Shown: one piece after another, positions 1-10,158 of the stretch | Layout of the letters: each line of letters begins with the position of its first letter | How positions within the stretch are numbered: position 1 is the first letter of the stretch | Assembly: GCA_003282435.1 (NCBI GenBank) | Contig: QBZG01000002.1 | Location: 44,967 to 108,966 of the forward strand | Reading direction: 5' to 3' | DNA length: 64,000 nucleotides | Source of the DNA: SAR116 cluster bacterium AG-335-B03 | GTDB taxonomy: Bacteria; Pseudomonadota; Alphaproteobacteria; Puniceispirillales; Marisalimonadaceae | Position numbers and translations under genes: made by a program | The notes under the pieces: model-generated | Seen by the model: only the letters and a program-made list of their open reading frames with translations | Databases searched by the model: none | Told to the model about the DNA's origin: nothing

Positions 1-15
1 TGTAGCATCATCCAT

Positions 16-828
16 CTAATCCTCCCTTGATATAATCTGCCTAGCTACTGCTAATACAGGTGCATCAACCATCTTGCCTTGATATTTAAAAGCTCCAGTA
101 CCTGCAATTTTAGCTTCTTCTAAAACACCATTTGCCCATTCTAATTCCTGACTTGTCGGCCTGTAAGCATCATGAATTGGTTTAATTTGATCTGGATGAA
201 TTGCAAACCGCCCCTTAAATCCCATAGTTTTGACGTATTGTGTCTCTTCTCTGCAACCATCAGTATCTCTAAAATCCAACCATACACCGTCAAGAGCATC
301 AGCATTGTATAGAGCAGCGGCGTTAATAATTTTACCTCTACCATAAGCTAGACTAGCTTTTCCCATATCTCCACCTGTAGATGCGCAATAATCTGCTGAA
401 CCAAACCCAATTCCAGAAAATTCTATACTTGAACAATCCCAAGTCTCAACTGTTGCGATACCACGTGGAGTTTCTATTTGTGGTAATATCAAAATATTAG
501 TTCCAAGGTCTTTTAAAAAAGTTCTACACTCATCGGCAGATTCTATTTTGGGGATGGCTATTGAATAAGGAAGGTTTGATATAGATTTTAACATCTTTAT
601 ATCATCTTGATATTCGTCAGTGTCCAAGGCATTAATTCGTAATAAAAACTTGTCCGGTTGACCATAAAAGTTTCTATTTGCTAAATCAGCAAAATTAGAT
701 CTACCAAGGGCTTTTTTATCGTGAGCCAGACCATCTTCTAAGTCAAAAATTACTTTATCCGCTCCAGATCCTAGAGCTTTAGGTAATCTCTCAATTTTGT
801 CTGTTGGTAAAAATAAAATGCTTCTCAA
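16..828 (-). CDS. HpcH/HpaI-CitE family CoA-ester lyase (citramalyl-CoA lyase-like)
   Basis: RSILFLP, FDLEDG, LRIN, IETPRG, FGSADY, GRFAIHPDQI, GKMVDAP motifs of the CitE/malyl-CoA lyase family; last gene of a MaoC-PrpD-CaiB operon. Confidence 0.85.
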   Translation of the reverse strand: MRSILFLPTDKIERLPKALGSGADKVIFDLEDGLAHDKKALGRSNFADLANRNFYGQPDKFLLRINALDTDEYQDDIKMLKSISNLPYSIAIPKIESADECRTFLKDLGTNILILPQIETPRGIATVETWDCSSIEFSGIGFGSADYCASTGGDMGKASLAYGRGKIINAAALYNADALDGVWLDFRDTDGCREETQYVKTMGFKGRFAIHPDQIKPIHDAYRPTSQELEWANGVLEEAKIAGTGAFKYQGKMVDAPVLAVARQIISRED

Positions 829-852
829 AGTAAACTCCTACTTTTTATAATT

Positions 853-2010
853 TTATATAGAACTAAATTCAGTTCTAATCCTTTTGCCATGCTCATCTAA
901 TTCAGGCATTTTGTTTACATCTGGTATAAAATTATCATGTATAGCACCAGGGCCTAAAACTTTTACCTTTCCATTTTTTGTATCAATTTCTAGAAAGTTA
1001 TTTTGTGGATGGTTTTTTAATTGTTCCATGTCAGAAATTCTTCCATAAGCAACACTAGCTTCTTCAAGTTTTCTAATTAATTCTTCTCGTTCGAATTTCA
1101 TAAATTTATCTTGAATAATTTTCTCTGTTAGCTCTCTATTGGCTACGCGGTCGGAATTAGTTTTAAAACGATTATCATTTGCCATAAATTCATCATCCAG
1201 CACTATTTTACATAAGTTGGCCCATTCTCGGTCATTTTGGATTGCTATCAATAAAGTTAGCTTGTCTTTACAAGCATATGCACCATACGGGACAATTATC
1301 GGGTGTGTCATACCATTTCTTTTGGGAACTTTTTGATTATAAACATAACCTAAATAAAAAGGGTTCATCCAATCAGCGAGTGAATTAAACATTGATACTG
1401 AAATATGCCTTCCTTTTCCAGTTATACTCCTTTTAATTATTGCTTGCAAAATTGCTTGATATGCGGTCATACCTGCAGAAATATCACAAACTGATGGACC
1501 GACTTTTGCTCTTCCATCAAATCCCTTTTTATCTGGTAGACCAGTAATATCAATAACTCCAGTTTCAGCTTGTATTAACATGTCGTAGGCTTTTTGATTT
1601 TTATATGGACCTTCATCTCCAAATCCAGAAATAAAGCATGTAATTAAAGAAGGATATTTTAATCTTAATTCTTTTAAATCTAAGCCAAGACGTTCAAATG
1701 CACCAGGGGCTAAGTTTTGAATTAAAATGTCTGATTTAGAAATAATATTTTCAAAAACCACCATATCTTCTTCATTCTTAAGATCTAAAGCAATTGATTC
1801 TTTGCCCCTATTTAACCAAACAAAATAGGCGCTATTGCCAAGTGCGTTACTATCATAATTCCTGGCAAAATCTCCCTCTGGTCTCTCAACTTTAATTACC
1901 CTAGCGCCTGCATCAGCTAATCTACATGATGTGTATGGAGCAGCAACGGCTTGTTCAACTGTCACAACCAACAAACCTTCTAAATCTTTAGATGAATTTT
2001 GTGCATTCAT
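853..2010 (-). CDS. Family III (CaiB/BaiF) CoA-transferase, itaconate CoA-transferase-like
   Basis: EQAVAAP, LADAGARVIKVERP, NRGKESIALDLK, KAYDMLIQAETG, catalytic Asp in SVCDISAG. Confidence 0.88.
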   Translation of the reverse strand: MNAQNSSKDLEGLLVVTVEQAVAAPYTSCRLADAGARVIKVERPEGDFARNYDSNALGNSAYFVWLNRGKESIALDLKNEEDMVVFENIISKSDILIQNLAPGAFERLGLDLKELRLKYPSLITCFISGFGDEGPYKNQKAYDMLIQAETGVIDITGLPDKKGFDGRAKVGPSVCDISAGMTAYQAILQAIIKRSITGKGRHISVSMFNSLADWMNPFYLGYVYNQKVPKRNGMTHPIIVPYGAYACKDKLTLLIAIQNDREWANLCKIVLDDEFMANDNRFKTNSDRVANRELTEKIIQDKFMKFEREELIRKLEEASVAYGRISDMEQLKNHPQNNFLEIDTKNGKVKVLGPGAIHDNFIPDVNKMPELDEHGKRIRTEFSSI

Positions 2011-3332
2011 TAGCTAACCAAACAATCAACTAGAGCATCAACTTTATTTTCATTGGGGGCATTTAATATTTTATATATTTGATTTGATTTGGTCTCTGAT
2101 AGTAAAGAAACTGACTTATTTACAATTTTAGCTTCTAGAATATTATTCTCAATTTTATCTGATAAGTCATGTTTGTTTTTAACATTACTAGAACCGTCCT
2201 TAATTGAAATTAATGATTGAGTGTTGCTTAAATTATCATTTGGTATCACTCTTACTTTATCTCTAATATTATTTAAATTATCATCAAAACAAATTTCATC
2301 GCTATATGTATCTAAGTCAGACGTATCTTTGCCATAAATAGACATTGCTGCAGTTAATTTATAAGAAAATTTTGATTCCAAGCCTGTTTTTGGTTCTTCA
2401 ATATTACAAACTTTCAACCATGAAGGGTTAGTCTCAATTGCGATTTCCTCTATTGTTTCAGGGTTAAAATTATTTTCTAACTTCATCTCATCCAGCGCCT
2501 CTAAGAAAGAGTGTAGGCCGTGACAACATGCATGAAACTTGTATTTAATTTCAGGAAATAAAAAATCTGTGCCTAAATTTTCTATAGCTCTATGAGGAAT
2601 TTTTTTATCCCAACCGTGTGTTAAGAAAAAACCCTGCTCACATTCAATACCATCTTCTTTTGATACAAATCCAAGCTTTGACAATTTAGCAGCTTCAATA
2701 CCATTTGAAGCAGCCATTCCGGCATGAAATGGTTTACCCATAGTTCCAAATTGAGATTTGATTCCTGAAGCTCTGGTGGATACTAATCCAAGAGCATTTA
2801 TTGTTTGATCTTCATTCAAATCAAATAGTTTTGAAGCAACAATTGTTGAACCAAAAGAACCACTAGTAGCGGTTTGGTGAAAACCCGCGTTATAATGAGA
2901 GTATCCTAAAATATGTCCTATTCTCGTTGAAACCTCCACCCCTGCCATATAGGCAAGTAATATATCTTCAATCGAAGAACCTAATTCTTCACCTAATGCC
3001 AAAGCAGCTGGTAATGCACTGGAAGTTGGATGGCCGACGAAAAGAAAATGCGTGTCATCATAATCTAATGCATGCCCTGTTGCTCCATTAGCTAGGGCTG
3101 CTCCTCTGGAGGAAACTTTATGACCAGTAGAAATTACTCTTGCTTGGTTAACACCATTTTCTTCTTTAACCATATCAGAAACAATTTTAGAAACCGGTTC
3201 TTTTTTTGCAGCATACGCAACACCACACCAATCTAATATAGACATTTTTGCAAAAAATCTCATTTCATCGTTAAAGCTATCTAATTTACAATTAGATCCA
3301 TAACTACCAAACAATTTTGTTATCGATACCAT
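2010..3332 (-). CDS. MmgE/PrpD family protein
   Basis: NGATGHALDYDDTH, GHP, GFHQT, KPFHAG, KFHACCH, KFS motifs. Confidence 0.9.
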   Translation of the reverse strand: MVSITKLFGSYGSNCKLDSFNDEMRFFAKMSILDWCGVAYAAKKEPVSKIVSDMVKEENGVNQARVISTGHKVSSRGAALANGATGHALDYDDTHFLFVGHPTSSALPAALALGEELGSSIEDILLAYMAGVEVSTRIGHILGYSHYNAGFHQTATSGSFGSTIVASKLFDLNEDQTINALGLVSTRASGIKSQFGTMGKPFHAGMAASNGIEAAKLSKLGFVSKEDGIECEQGFFLTHGWDKKIPHRAIENLGTDFLFPEIKYKFHACCHGLHSFLEALDEMKLENNFNPETIEEIAIETNPSWLKVCNIEEPKTGLESKFSYKLTAAMSIYGKDTSDLDTYSDEICFDDNLNNIRDKVRVIPNDNLSNTQSLISIKDGSSNVKNKHDLSDKIENNILEAKIVNKSVSLLSETKSNQIYKILNAPNENKVDALVDCLVS

Positions 3333-3350
3333 GTTTTCCTCCTATAATTT

Positions 3351-4208
3351 TTATTCAAAATGTGCTTCAGCTTGCATAGTCATGCCTGAACCTTCGACTG
3401 CTCCCCAACAAGTAACACTTCCATCTGTATTTTCTTTAGCGCCAATTATATAGTCGCTATTAGCAAAAACAGGAGCCATGACTTTGTGATTAAAAGAAGT
3501 AACAGGTTTACCCTTAAGTTTTTCTGCAGCCCTAAGTAAGAATGTTGCTTGTAGTGGACCATGCACTATTAAATCAGGATAATTTTCTTCATTTTTAGTA
3601 TATGGATAATCATAATGAATTCTGTGCCCAACAAAACCAATTGCCGAATAACGAAATAAAATAGTAGGATGCATAAAAATTGTTTCAGTGAAATCTGCAT
3701 CTTTTGGTATAACATCTGATACTCCAGACCCTCCCCCAGCCTTAGTTACATCACGATAAACAATATTATGTAATTCATGTAAACGAACGTCGTCATCAAC
3801 TAAATATTCATATTCTGCAGTTACAAAACATAACTTACCTGTTCGACCTTCTTTTAATTTGATGTCAGCTACTTTAGATTTTTTTATTACCTTATCACCT
3901 ACTCTTAGAGGGGCTTTTACTTTAATTTGACTTCCTGCCCACATTCTTCTTGGCAGCGGGACTGGTGGCAGAAAGTCACCACGTGCGGGATGAGAATCAA
4001 CACCAAGTTCATCATTCTTTTTTAAATTCCAACCTAACATCCAATGTAACCCAGTAGTCGCAGCGTCACCAATTGCAGGATCACCTGGATCAATGTTTAG
4101 AGTGGCCCTATACCTTTGTTCAACAATTGGTGTAAGATAATCTGTAACCATTTCTATATTGCCAAGCCATTTATTTAAATGATTGATATCTAATTCTTCA
4201 TTATTCAT
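3351..4208 (-). CDS. MaoC-like double hot-dog hydratase (itaconyl-CoA/mesaconyl-C4-CoA hydratase-like)
   Basis: HPARGDFLPPVPLPRRMWAG, LFRYSA, HRIHYD, LIVHGPLQA motifs. Confidence 0.85.
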   Translation of the reverse strand: MNNEELDINHLNKWLGNIEMVTDYLTPIVEQRYRATLNIDPGDPAIGDAATTGLHWMLGWNLKKNDELGVDSHPARGDFLPPVPLPRRMWAGSQIKVKAPLRVGDKVIKKSKVADIKLKEGRTGKLCFVTAEYEYLVDDDVRLHELHNIVYRDVTKAGGGSGVSDVIPKDADFTETIFMHPTILFRYSAIGFVGHRIHYDYPYTKNEENYPDLIVHGPLQATFLLRAAEKLKGKPVTSFNHKVMAPVFANSDYIIGAKENTDGSVTCWGAVEGSGMTMQAEAHFE

Positions 4209-4313
4209 TTGCTGAACCTCAAATTTTTTTAAAGTAATATTATTAAAAACTATTTAATATAAAAGATATATTATTATCAATTAATAAAATATCAAAATAA
4301 GTGGAATTTCAAT

Positions 4314-4658
4314 ATGCCTTCTTTAATTTTACATATCGATGAAAGCTTAGATTCTAATTTTAAAAAGTCAGAAATTAAATTTATTGAAAAACAAATAACA
4401 GACATAATTATAAATGAACTCGATGCTGAAGAAAATAATTGTCAAATTATTTGGGTTAAAAGCAAAACCTATACTTCAAAATATAAACTTTATGGCGAAA
4501 TGAAATTTAGAGAGAAAGAAAGTAGAACTATAAATAGTAGCGAAAAATGTCTGAAAAAAATAGGTGATATTTTAAAAAATGAATTTAATGTTTTTGTAAG
4601 ACTTAGAGCGTTTTCTATAAATGAAGCTTGCATAACCGCTCTAGACTTAAAAGAATAG
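4314..4658 (+). CDS. Probable tautomerase-superfamily protein (N-terminal Pro)
   Basis: 114 aa, begins M-P-S-L-I-L-H (Pro-1 after Met removal); size fits a fused beta-alpha-beta repeat. Confidence 0.5.
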   Translation: MPSLILHIDESLDSNFKKSEIKFIEKQITDIIINELDAEENNCQIIWVKSKTYTSKYKLYGEMKFREKESRTINSSEKCLKKIGDILKNEFNVFVRLRAFSINEACITALDLKE

Positions 4659-4691
4659 GTTAATTGTTGATTTAATTTAGAAGGATGAAAA

Positions 4692-5498
4692 ATGAGTGAG
4701 GGTGTTGTTTTAACAAGTATAGATAGCAGAGGTATAGCTGAGGTTATCTTAAATCGTCCTGAAAGAAACAATGCTTATAATGGAACTATGATTGACGAGC
4801 TAATTAAAAGTTTTACATCTTTATATAATAATGATGATGTCAGAGTAGTTCTTATAAGAGGTAATGGAAAGCACTTTCAAGGTGGTGCAGATTTAGAGTG
4901 GCTAAAAGAGATTGGTAAATTAAATAAAAAAGAAAATATAGAGGTATCTAGAAAAACAGCTTCTGCAATAAAGGGACTTACAGAATTTCCAAAGCCTACT
5001 ATAGCTATGATCCATGGAGGTTGCTTTGGAGGGGGTACTGGTATTGCAGCTGCAGCTGATATTGTGGTTGCTAGCGAAGATGCTATTTTTTCTATTGCCG
5101 AAGCAAGATGGGGTGTAATGGCAGGAATCATTATTCCTCATCTAAATGCCCGTATAGGTGTTAGAAACGTCAGAAGATACGCGTTAACTTGCGAACGTTT
5201 TGATGCTCATGAAGCCAAAAATATTGGTCTAGTCAACCAGATTTGTAAAACAGGAGAGCTGAATGATGCTGTGAAGTCTATTATTGAAAGTTTGTTAATG
5301 TGTGCTCCTATTGCACTGGAAATGACAAAAAAGAGAGCATTAATTGAAAGTGGTTTAATATTATCAGACGATAAATTTGAAGAATTAGTTTTAGAGCATT
5401 CTCAAAAGAGAATGACTAGCGAAGCAACTGAGGGATTAAATAGTTTTCTTGAGAAGAGAGTTGCCTCTTGGTATCAAAAAAAATTAATAGGGAAATAA
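4692..5498 (+). CDS. Enoyl-CoA hydratase/crotonase family (methylglutaconyl-CoA hydratase-like)
   Basis: LNRPERNNA, FQGGADL, GGCFGGG, AEARWG, EGLNSFLEKR. Confidence 0.85.
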   Translation: MSEGVVLTSIDSRGIAEVILNRPERNNAYNGTMIDELIKSFTSLYNNDDVRVVLIRGNGKHFQGGADLEWLKEIGKLNKKENIEVSRKTASAIKGLTEFPKPTIAMIHGGCFGGGTGIAAAADIVVASEDAIFSIAEARWGVMAGIIIPHLNARIGVRNVRRYALTCERFDAHEAKNIGLVNQICKTGELNDAVKSIIESLLMCAPIALEMTKKRALIESGLILSDDKFEELVLEHSQKRMTSEATEGLNSFLEKRVASWYQKKLIGK

Positions 5499-5501
5499 AT
5501 A

Positions 5502-6848
5502 ATGCCAGCCTTAGTTACTAATTCAAAAATATGGGGTGAAATGTTTGGAACAAGTGAAATGCATTATTTGTTTTCAGATGAAAAAACCACTCAATTATAT
5601 TTAGATGTCGAAGCCGCTTTAGCAAGATCACAGTCTAAATTAGGTATTATACCGAGTGAGGCTGGACAAAAAATAAGTGACGCAGCCAAAATAGATATAA
5701 TTGATTGGGAAAAACTACAAAAGAGGACATCAATTGTTGGCTACCCTATTTTACCTGTAGTAGAGCAATTAAGTGATAATGTAAGTGATGGTTATGGACA
5801 ATACTGTCACTGGGGCGCTACTACCCAAGACATCATGGATACTGCTGATGTAATTCAAATAAGGGAAGGATTTAAACTACTGTCTTCAGATTTAGATTCT
5901 ATTTCAAATGCATTAGTTAAAATTATCAATGAGCATATAAAAACCCCAATGGCAGGAAGAACACACTTACAACACGCCTTACCAGTACCTTTTGGCTATA
6001 AGGCATCAACTTGGTTGTCTAGTATTGATAGACATATAAAAAGACTAGAAGAAATTAAGGCTCGTGTGTTTAATCTTTCATTCTTCGGTGCTGCGGGAAC
6101 GCTTGCTTCGCTGGGTGAAATTGATGGATTAAAAACTCAATCAGTATTAGCAGACGAATTAAATTTAAATGTGCCTGATGTAAGTTGGCATTCAATTAGA
6201 GATAACTTTTGTGAAGTAACTGGTTGGCTTGCTTTGGTAGGAGCTTCACTAGGTAAAATAGCCTATGATGTAATGTTAATGATGCAAACCGAAACACAAG
6301 AAGTTGCTGAACCTTTCCTTCATGGAAGAGGTTCTTCTTCCACAATGCCCCAGAAAAGAAATCCTATTTCTTCAGAGGTAATGTTAGCTTGTTCAAAACT
6401 ACTACGGGAACATCATTCGTCTATGCTTGATGCTATGGTTCTTGACCATGAAAGGGCAACTGGTCAATGGCATGTTGAATGGTATGCATTACCTAACGCC
6501 TTTATTATTGCTTCTTCATCTTTTAGTGCCGCTAAATTTCTTTTAGAAGGACTGGAAATTTCTCCTCAAAAAATGAAGGAAAATATTGACAAAACCAATG
6601 GATTAATTGTTGCAGAAGCTGTTATGATGGCCCTAGCCCCTCATCTTGGTAGACAAATTTCTCACGATATAGTCTATGACTGCTGTCGTCACTCTATAAA
6701 AAATAATATTCCATTTATTGACTCACTTTTAAAAGACGGAAAAATTTCTAATATTTTTAATAGAGATGATTTGTCCAAAATTGTTGATCCAGCCAATTAT
6801 CTTGGAGCAGCTCCAGCAATGGCAAGTAGACTTCTAATTAATAGATAA
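5502..6848 (+). CDS. Fumarase/aspartase superfamily lyase, 3-carboxy-cis,cis-muconate cycloisomerase (PcaB)-like
   Basis: HWGATTQD, GRTHLQHA, signature SSTMPQKRNP, DHERATG, AEAVMMAL; pcaHG present elsewhere in the window. Confidence 0.8.
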   Translation: MPALVTNSKIWGEMFGTSEMHYLFSDEKTTQLYLDVEAALARSQSKLGIIPSEAGQKISDAAKIDIIDWEKLQKRTSIVGYPILPVVEQLSDNVSDGYGQYCHWGATTQDIMDTADVIQIREGFKLLSSDLDSISNALVKIINEHIKTPMAGRTHLQHALPVPFGYKASTWLSSIDRHIKRLEEIKARVFNLSFFGAAGTLASLGEIDGLKTQSVLADELNLNVPDVSWHSIRDNFCEVTGWLALVGASLGKIAYDVMLMMQTETQEVAEPFLHGRGSSSTMPQKRNPISSEVMLACSKLLREHHSSMLDAMVLDHERATGQWHVEWYALPNAFIIASSSFSAAKFLLEGLEISPQKMKENIDKTNGLIVAEAVMMALAPHLGRQISHDIVYDCCRHSIKNNIPFIDSLLKDGKISNIFNRDDLSKIVDPANYLGAAPAMASRLLINR

Positions 6849-6864
6849 AAATATTGGGTGTACA

Positions 6865-7281
6865 ATGAACCAATTAATGACAAAAAAGGAACTTAATGAT
6901 TTTCTAGAAAAAGAGTTTCCACAAGTTAATAAAAAATTTGAAATCTTAAAAGTGAACGATAAAAATTTTTCAATGCTTATGCATATTTCAGGTGAACATC
7001 TTAGACCTGGAGCCACGGTTTCAGGCCCAACAATGTTTCTACTAGCCGACGTTACTTTTTACTTAGCAACACTCAGTGTAATAGGACCAAAAAGTCTCAC
7101 TGTTACGACTAATTGTTCAATTAATTTTTTAAGAAAACCTAATGAAAAAAACTTGATTAGTGAAGCTCGTATTTTAAAATTAGGTAAAACTCTAAGTGTA
7201 GGAGATGTATTAATATATTCTGAGGATATTGATGAGCCTGTAGCTCATGCATCATTAACTTACTCAATTCCAAAAGATTAA
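6865..7281 (+). CDS. PaaI family thioesterase
   Basis: HLRPGATVSGP...LAD, INFLRKP, LKLGK hot-dog motifs. Confidence 0.85.
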   Translation: MNQLMTKKELNDFLEKEFPQVNKKFEILKVNDKNFSMLMHISGEHLRPGATVSGPTMFLLADVTFYLATLSVIGPKSLTVTTNCSINFLRKPNEKNLISEARILKLGKTLSVGDVLIYSEDIDEPVAHASLTYSIPKD

Positions 7282-7284
7282 AAT

Positions 7285-8112
7285 TTAAATTCTTTCTCTA
7301 TGCCAATTCAAATGATCAGTCATAAAAGTTGAAATAAAAAAGTATGAATGATCATAATTTGGCTGCATTCTAAGATTTAATTTGATACCAGCTTTTCTGC
7401 ACGCATCCTCTAAAAGCCAAGGTCTTAATCCCTCTTCTAAAAAACTATCTGCTTCTCCTTGATCAACAAGAATTTCAGGAAAACGATAACCATTTTTAAT
7501 TAAGGCAACACTATCATACATTTGCCAGTTATCTTTATCTAACCCAATGTATTTTTTAAATGCCTCACTTGACCAACTAGCTGTTGAAGGTTCTACGATA
7601 GGAGCAAATGCTGAACAACTCTTGTATTTCTTAGGATTTCTTAAAGCCATTATAATAGCACCGTGCCCGCCCATTGAATGACCAAAGACACTTTGTCTGG
7701 ACATATCAAAGTCAAAATTATTTTCTACAAGTTTCGGAAGTTCATCATTTAAGTAACTATACATATTATAATTTTTATCATATGGATCTTGAGTTGCATC
7801 TAGGTAAAATCCTGCCCCAGATCCAAACTGCCAATTATCTTTTTCATCTGGCACTTGATCACCTCTTGGACTAGTGTCAGGACAAATAATTACCATGCCT
7901 AATTCTGCAGCCTTCTTTCTATATTCACCTTTTTCCATAACATTTAAATGACTGCAAGTTAATCCAGATAAGTACCATAAAACTGGGGGATTTTTAACTT
8001 TGGGGGGGATAAAGATTGCTAAAGTCATTTTACAATCATTTACAATAGATGCGTGACTGAAGACAAATTGTTTCCCACCAAAAGAAAATGCTTCAGATAT
8101 TTTTTCCATCAA
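7285..8112 (-). CDS. fghA: S-formylglutathione hydrolase
   Basis: [32 protein letters not shown]; overlaps the frmA stop. Confidence 0.95.
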   Translation of the reverse strand: MMEKISEAFSFGGKQFVFSHASIVNDCKMTLAIFIPPKVKNPPVLWYLSGLTCSHLNVMEKGEYRKKAAELGMVIICPDTSPRGDQVPDEKDNWQFGSGAGFYLDATQDPYDKNYNMYSYLNDELPKLVENNFDFDMSRQSVFGHSMGGHGAIIMALRNPKKYKSCSAFAPIVEPSTASWSSEAFKKYIGLDKDNWQMYDSVALIKNGYRFPEILVDQGEADSFLEEGLRPWLLEDACRKAGIKLNLRMQPNYDHSYFFISTFMTDHLNWHRERI

Positions 8113-9218
8113 AAAACAACTACAGATCTTATTGCTTCGCCTGCATGCATTAAATCAAAACCTTTATTTATATCCTCTAATTCTAATGTGTGAGTAATCA
8201 TTGGATCAATATCAATTTTTCCTTGAAGATACCATTCTACAATTTTAGGTACGTCTGTTCTGCCCCTAGCACCTCCAAAAGCAGTACCTTTCCAACTTCT
8301 GCCCGTAACTAATTGAAAAGGTCTAGTTTTAATTTCCTGACCTGCTCCTGCAACTCCAATAATAATGCTCTCTCCCCAACCTTTATGTGCGCATTCTAAA
8401 GCCTGCCTCATTACATTTACATTCCCAATACATTCAAAAGAGTAATCGGCCCCACCTCCTGTGAGTTCAACTAAGTAATTTACTAAGTCACCTTCTATTT
8501 CCGAAGGATTTACAAAGTGGGTCATTCCAAATTTTTTACCCCAGGATTCTTTTTTATTATTCATGTCGACGCCAACAATCATATTCGCGCCTATCATCCT
8601 TAAACCTTGGATAACGTTTAGACCTATACCGCCTAATCCAAATACGACAGCATTGCATCCAGCTGTTGCTTTTGCAGTATTTATTACAGCACCAATACCA
8701 GTAGTAACACCACAACCAATATAACAAATTTTATCAAAGGGAGCTTTTTCATTTACCTTAGCAAGTGCAATTTCTGGTACAACAGTATAGTTAGAGAAGG
8801 TAGATGTTCCCATATAATGAAGAATAGGTTTTCCACTTATTGAAAATCTACTTGTTCCGTCTGGCATTACTCCCTTACCTTGAGTTACCCTTATAGCCTG
8901 ACATAAGTTAGTCTTTGGGTGAAGACAATACTCACACTCTCTGCATTCAGGTGTATAAAGTGGGATTACGTGGTCACCCTCTTTCAATGAAGTCACACCT
9001 TTACCAATCTCTCTGACAATTCCAGCTCCTTCATGTCCTAAAATGGCTGGGAAAAGCCCTTCTGGATCGTCTCCAGAAAGTGTGAATTCATCCGTGTGAC
9101 ATATACCAGTTGCCTTAATTTCAACTAAAACTTCTCCTAGACGAGGACCATCTAGATCTACATCCATAATTTCAAGTGGTTTACCCGCCTCGACAGCTAC
9201 TGCCGCTCTAGTTTTCAT
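8109..9218 (-). CDS. frmA: S-(hydroxymethyl)glutathione dehydrogenase / class III ADH
   Basis: [42 protein letters not shown]. Confidence 0.96.
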   Translation of the reverse strand: MKTRAAVAVEAGKPLEIMDVDLDGPRLGEVLVEIKATGICHTDEFTLSGDDPEGLFPAILGHEGAGIVREIGKGVTSLKEGDHVIPLYTPECRECEYCLHPKTNLCQAIRVTQGKGVMPDGTSRFSISGKPILHYMGTSTFSNYTVVPEIALAKVNEKAPFDKICYIGCGVTTGIGAVINTAKATAGCNAVVFGLGGIGLNVIQGLRMIGANMIVGVDMNNKKESWGKKFGMTHFVNPSEIEGDLVNYLVELTGGGADYSFECIGNVNVMRQALECAHKGWGESIIIGVAGAGQEIKTRPFQLVTGRSWKGTAFGGARGRTDVPKIVEWYLQGKIDIDPMITHTLELEDINKGFDLMHAGEAIRSVVVF

Positions 9219-9340
9219 TATTTACCCCTTAATAACAATTTAGATACTGTTAATTTATTATGATTTAATATCGATGACTTGCAAGAATTTTTAGTATATA
9301 AAATTACTTTGTAAGATTCCATATAAATAGGAGTAAATCT

Positions 9341-10150
9341 ATGAGTTTTGTTGAAACTGAAATAAATGGACAGATTATAACTATAAGGTTAAATCGTCCT
9401 GAAAGATTGAATGCCTTGAGTACCGTTATAAGAACTGGTATGGCAGAAGCATTTAACAGGTTTCATGAGGACAATGATCTTGAAGTCGCAATCTTGACAG
9501 GGACAGGTAGAGGTTTTTGTGCGGGTGAAGACATGAAAGAGTCTCTAGATAGAGGTATTCCTGGCTCTCCAAAAGAATTTGTTGAAGAAAATTTAGTAGA
9601 TCCATTTCAAACTGGAGCACTTAAAAAACCAGTTATAGCAGCTGTAAATGGTTTTGCTATGGGTGGTGGTTTCATGCTGGTTGAACGAACAGATTTAAGA
9701 ATAGCTGTAAAAGAAGCTATATTTGAAATGTCAGAGGCCAAGAGGTGGCTTCTTGGTGGTTATAATCATGGTCATTATGGAAATCTACCTCATCCAGTAG
9801 CAACAGAAATGGCATTTGGATACAGAATTACAGCAGAAAGAATGCATCAGGTTGGTTTCATTAATCGTCTTGTGGAAGCTAAAGATTTAATGAGTGAAGC
9901 ATATTCTATGGCTGAACACCTTCTTACACTCCCTCCTGCTGCCAGAGTTAACACACTTTATATGATGAAGCATATGGCACCAAGAATTAGTCCAAACATT
10001 GCTGATCTAGCTGAGAAACTTCACCTTCATGGAGATACAGAAGATAGAATGGAGAGCAGACGTGCTTTTGCTGAAAAAAGAAAACCAAACTATAAAGGCT
10101 GGCTCAAGCCTGAAGATAGATACAATATGCCCAAACTAAAAGAAAAATAG
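9341..10150 (+). CDS. Enoyl-CoA hydratase/isomerase family protein
   Basis: LNRPERLNA, FCAGEDM, KPVIAAVNGFAMGGG, AFAEKRKP; RBS aggag upstream. Confidence 0.85.
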   Translation: MSFVETEINGQIITIRLNRPERLNALSTVIRTGMAEAFNRFHEDNDLEVAILTGTGRGFCAGEDMKESLDRGIPGSPKEFVEENLVDPFQTGALKKPVIAAVNGFAMGGGFMLVERTDLRIAVKEAIFEMSEAKRWLLGGYNHGHYGNLPHPVATEMAFGYRITAERMHQVGFINRLVEAKDLMSEAYSMAEHLLTLPPAARVNTLYMMKHMAPRISPNIADLAEKLHLHGDTEDRMESRRAFAEKRKPNYKGWLKPEDRYNMPKLKEK

Positions 10151-10158
10151 AGGTTAAG

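Noticed and set aside
5502-6848. Assignment as purB, or firm assignment as pcaB
   Set aside because: Motifs fit the PcaB-like branch better than PurB, but the context does not fix the substrate, so no symbol is given
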